Assembly: GCA_047495785.1 (NCBI GenBank)
Contig: JBLDXI010000015.1
Coordinates: forward strand, 3,038,001 to 3,102,000
DNA from: Lepidodermella squamata
Taxonomy: Eukaryota > Animalia > Gastrotricha
Reading direction: 5' to 3'
Length of the DNA stretch: 64,000 bases
Part shown: one piece after another, positions 60,093 through 64,000 of the stretch
Position numbering within the stretch: position 1 is the stretch's first letter
Layout of the letters: every line of letters begins with the position of its first letter
Position numbers and translations under genes: made by a program
The notes under the pieces: generated by a model
Databases searched by the model: none
What the model was told of the DNA's origin: nothing
What the model saw: only the letters and a program-made list of their open reading frames with translations

Positions 60093-62986
60093 ATGATTTC
60101 AAGTGCCATCTTTCTACTGGCTTTGCTCAGCTGCCATCTCAAATCAACGGATGGGAATGATCAAATCGATACTTTTGACCATAGATCAGCTGGCCTTATC
60201 ACCTGCCCGCCTTACCTGTACGTCCACCGTAAAACCACCGATTTCAATATAACATGTACGATACGCTTCGATGAATTCCTGTCATCCCGCGCGACGGTGG
60301 CGTCTGGCAGCAAGCAAATCGTCTGGACCCTCCACTCGGACCAGGTTCACGACGAAAACGACGAAGCGGTGATCAAACTGCACCCAGGCGAGAAGAATGG
60401 CCACTATCACTTCATCTACAACGAACAGCTTAACATGTCAACGGCGACTGCTGTTCTAGTCTTTTCGAAAATCGACCTAAAAACAGACTATACCAACTAC
60501 ACGTTATCAGTTCGAAGCCCGAAAACATTTTCCTCGGTCGATGTCAAGGTATACGAACGTGGGCAAGGCAAAGCCGCGTTTCAATGGTGGGATTACCTTA
60601 TTTTCGTGTTGATTCTCGTAGTTTCGGCATTAATCGGTGTTTACTACGGATTTTGCGCGAAATCTGACAATTCCCAGGCGGAATACATGTTAGGCGGCCG
60701 GCAAATGGGCTGGTTCCCAGTATCGTTGTCCTTATTAGCTAGCTTCATGTCAGCAATCACCCTGCTAGGCACACCGAGTGAAATCTACTCAACCGGAACG
60801 CAGTACATATTCATCGGAATTTCATACCCGATAACAATGCTAATAGCTGCTCACATTTTCCTACCAATTTTCTACAACCTCCGAATTACCTCAGCCTATG
60901 AGTATCTGGAAATTCGATTTTCTAAGGCGGTTCGAGTCGCTGGGGCTAGTCTTTTCGTCCTTCAAATGGTCGTCTATATGTCTATGGTTGTCTACATGCC
61001 AAGTTTAGCCCTCGAAGCTGTTATCGGCCTTAATTTCTGGTTCTCAGCTCTAACAACAGCTGTTGTTTGCATTTTCTACACGTCGATAGGTGGCATGAAG
61101 GCGACAATGTGGACAGATGCGTTTCAGGTTATCATGATGTACATTGGGCTGATTTCAATCTTCGTCCAGGGCTGCATTCGCGAGGGAGGTTTTACGAATG
61201 CGTGGAATAAGGCGATGACGCGGAGTAGGATTGAGTTCTGGGAAATGGATCCTGATCCGAGGATTCGCCACTCATTTTGGACTATGACTGTTGGTGGAAC
61301 CTTTACCTGGCTGTACACCTACGGCGTGAACCAGGTATAAATGGTCTAAAATGAATAAGTCCACCTTAAAAGTTCATAAGTTGAAATAAGGAATATATAA
61401 ATGAACTTTTCGATCCTTTCCGAAGGATTTTTTTTTTGGATTTTTTAGGATTTTTCTTTAGGATTTTTCTTATCCAAATTTAGGGAATTTTTATTATTTA
61501 GGCAGTTTGGTGCTGGGTCTTGAATTTAGCGCTGGATCCCCAACTTCAGGGTGCCCACTTGGCACTGTTTTCAAACCCAATTTTTGAAGTTGAGGGAATA
61601 ACTCCAAAATTAAGATTAAAATTAAAAATTAAAAATTTCAAGATTAAGAATTTAGAATTTAAAAGCTGAAGATTTAAAATTAAAAAATTAAAATGTAAAA
61701 ATTTCAAATTTAATTTTCAAATTTTCAAATTTAAAATTAAAAAAATTTAAATTTAATTAAAAAAAACCATCTTTTTATTTACCCAGGCCCAAGTTCAACG
61801 CGGTCTGTCTGCGAAAACACTTCGAACTGCCCAAATCTCGTTTTGGATCAACGCGCCAACTCTAATCCTAATGATGCTCATCCCAGCAATGTGCGGCATC
61901 CTGATTTTCTCGCGTTACATGGACTGCGACCCAGTTAAAGCAGGCGTCATCTCAAAAAAGGATCAACTGCTAATTCTTTACGTAATGGATATTGTTGCCG
62001 AGGATTTGCCAGGTATACCTGGGCTATTCATGGCAACCCTTTTCAGCGCGGCCCTTAGTACCATTTCTTCTGGAATCAACGGTCTAGCCGCTGTTACATG
62101 TCGTGACTACGGCGTTGAAGAATGGCTAAGAAACCGCGGCCATCCCGAGGGAAGAATCACAATGATCGCTAAATTTATTTCAATCCTATACGGGGCTCTT
62201 TGCATAGTACTGATTTTTGTCATTCAATACCTACCTGGTCTGCTAGACTCAGCTCTAGCCCTGTTTGGCGCCTTGGGTGGGCCATTACTCGGCATTTATT
62301 GCTGCGGAATTTTCCTGCCTTGGATCAATAAATACGGCGCTTTAGCCGGGTTATTATCAGCGTTATTCCTAACAGTCTGGATGACGGTTGGCGAGAAGGC
62401 GAGTCAACACATCTCGCAGGCACAACGCGGCCCGAGTTTGTCTACAATGGCCTGTGATGCTCATTTCCTTCAGACGTCCCGGGCCCATGACGCCACGCCT
62501 GAAGCTGCGGCTGGGTTGTATCTTAACCACTTCATTCCAGATAGGAAGACAGATTTCGGCCGAATCTCTGGACTCGAGAATCTTTACTCGATTTCTTACC
62601 TCTACCTCTCAATTGTTGGCATCAGGTTTGCGAAAAATCAGCATTCAGTATTCATAATTTTTCAATTTTTTTCTAGCGTGTCGGCCTCGGTCGGCATTGT
62701 TGTTAGCGCTTTCACAGGCTGGACTCACAACGTCGAGCTTCAATCGAATTTATTCCACCCAGCCGTTGTTCGATTGGCTGAAAAATACGGCTGGAAAACG
62801 TGGAAATCACCTGCCCTTGAGGCTAAAGGCACCCTGCCGTCTATTCCAAGTCAAATGGTTATGCCTGGCGATGTCAGCCAAGAGATTTCACTTGAAACTT
62901 ACGATAATGGTGATAATGAAACTAAATCAAATAATATTGTGATCAAGCGGGTTAACAATAAGTCTGACGATGAATGCCGTGTGTAA
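60093..62986 (+). CDS. SLC5A5/6/8/12-type sodium:solute symporter with an N-terminal signal peptide and Ig-like ectodomain; exons 60093-61334, 61787-62625, 62677-62986
   Basis: WDYLIF...EYMLGGRQM, SLLASFMSAITLLGTPSE, SAYEYLEIRF, GGMKATMWTD, GVNQ|AQVQR, CDP, DQL and LSTISSGIN. A ~160-aa leader lies in the same exon as TM1. Confidence 0.9.
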
Positions 62987-63128
62987 AATTATCAAAATAA
63001 TCTGGCCACTAGTCTGATCCTATTCAAGTTGCTTTCCTAACCCTTTAGTATTTTTTAAATAAAATTTTCAAAATTAATGGAACCTTCTGGTTTCAGCCGT
63101 ATTTTTTTATTTAATTTTTTTTTCGGCG

Positions 63129-64000
63129 CTAGTTTCCGGTGTAATTTGAAGCGTAGCGTGACGGAATGAGGCCACGCCGGCTGCCGTACTCCTCCGCATT
63201 ATTCGCCGCTTCGTTGATGGACGTTGATGATGCTGACAAGGGTTGCATTTTGTAGTCGTGATTATGCCGATTCAACAGTTGTCTGCGAATAAGGAAAGCC
63301 ACGCTGAGCGCTATCACCGCAGTGATAACCAAAGATCCGAGAATTATCAGCGTAATCGCCCACCAGGTTGAAAGCGTTGCGTGATGATGGCCCTCGTTAA
63401 CTCGGCTATCATGGCAGCAAACTAATTTTGAATTAAAAATTTTTTTAATGTAGATTTGAGATATTAATTGCGCAACGAAAAACGAGTATGAAGCTGAAAG
63501 AAAAATGAGCAAACTATTTATTAAGCTGGCAACGATCTCGTTTCAGTGTGCTCTCATAGGATTCATTGATCAAACGAGAACAGACAATTAATTCATTTAT
63601 CATTAATTAATTTTAATTATCAATTAATTTTTAATTAATTATTATTGATTTCTCAAATTCAAAATAATTTTATAATTAATTTTATCAATTTGCTATGTTG
63701 CAATTTTCGAAATTTCGCTGCTCTAATGTCACTGTAGGAGAAATTGTTGATATTAATATTTTACTCTTATATCTTTGCTCTATTGTCGTTGCGCACTTCT
63801 TGTTTATGCAAAATCAATATTGCCTCGAATGATTATGAAGAATGATTATTAGAAAATTTAAAACTTACAATGGCCCTTTTCGCATGATATTTGACATTGC
63901 GACAGCCTTCGATGCCAATCTCGAGCCGAACAAGGTCCGTAAACTCCAGGCGATACAAGTGTCTCTTCTTTATTAGTTAAGAACACATATTCTCGCCCTG
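63129..64000 (-). CDS. 3' end of a single-pass membrane protein with a Cys-rich juxtamembrane segment, 5'-partial; exons >64000-63869, 63421-63129
   Basis: GREYVFLTNKEETLVSPGVYGPCSARDWHRRLSQCQISCEKGHF|CCHDS...WWAITLIILGSLVITAVIALSVAFLIRR, joined by a phase-1 GT-AG intron. Confidence 0.65.

Overview
Gene-dense window from a compact invertebrate (animal) nuclear genome, with mostly 50-60 nt GT-AG introns. The temptin-monooxygenase fusion hints at a spiralian, but the taxon cannot be fixed from sequence alone. In order: the 3' part of a SCAF4/SCAF8-like gene; a secreted 7-sushi protein; a very divergent Cys-loop ion channel; a 559-bp foldback element; an IQSEC/BRAG-type Sec7-PH Arf-GEF; an orphan acidic secreted protein; a tRNA-Ala/tRNA-Trp/U2/tRNA-Met cluster; a transposon-rich tandem duplication; a MAM-astacin-EGF pseudoprotease; an ankyrin protein; a temptin-copper monooxygenase; a small prohormone-like gene; an intronless GABA-B-like class C GPCR; an SLC5 symporter with a fused N-terminal Ig-like ectodomain; and the 3' end of a single-pass membrane protein. 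The strongest novelty candidate is the 24.6-42.6 kb module. It has two near-identical copies of a secreted papain-family protease that lacks the I29 propeptide and carries two homologous unrecognised Cys-rich domains joined by an (Ala-Pro)27 linker, plus a neighbouring paralog that encodes only that Cys-rich domain. Other candidates are the Ig-SLC5 fusion, a young LINE with a signal-peptide leader and a degenerate 2A-like NPGP motif, and the Glu-to-Met astacin. All gene models were spliced by eye and no database searches were run.
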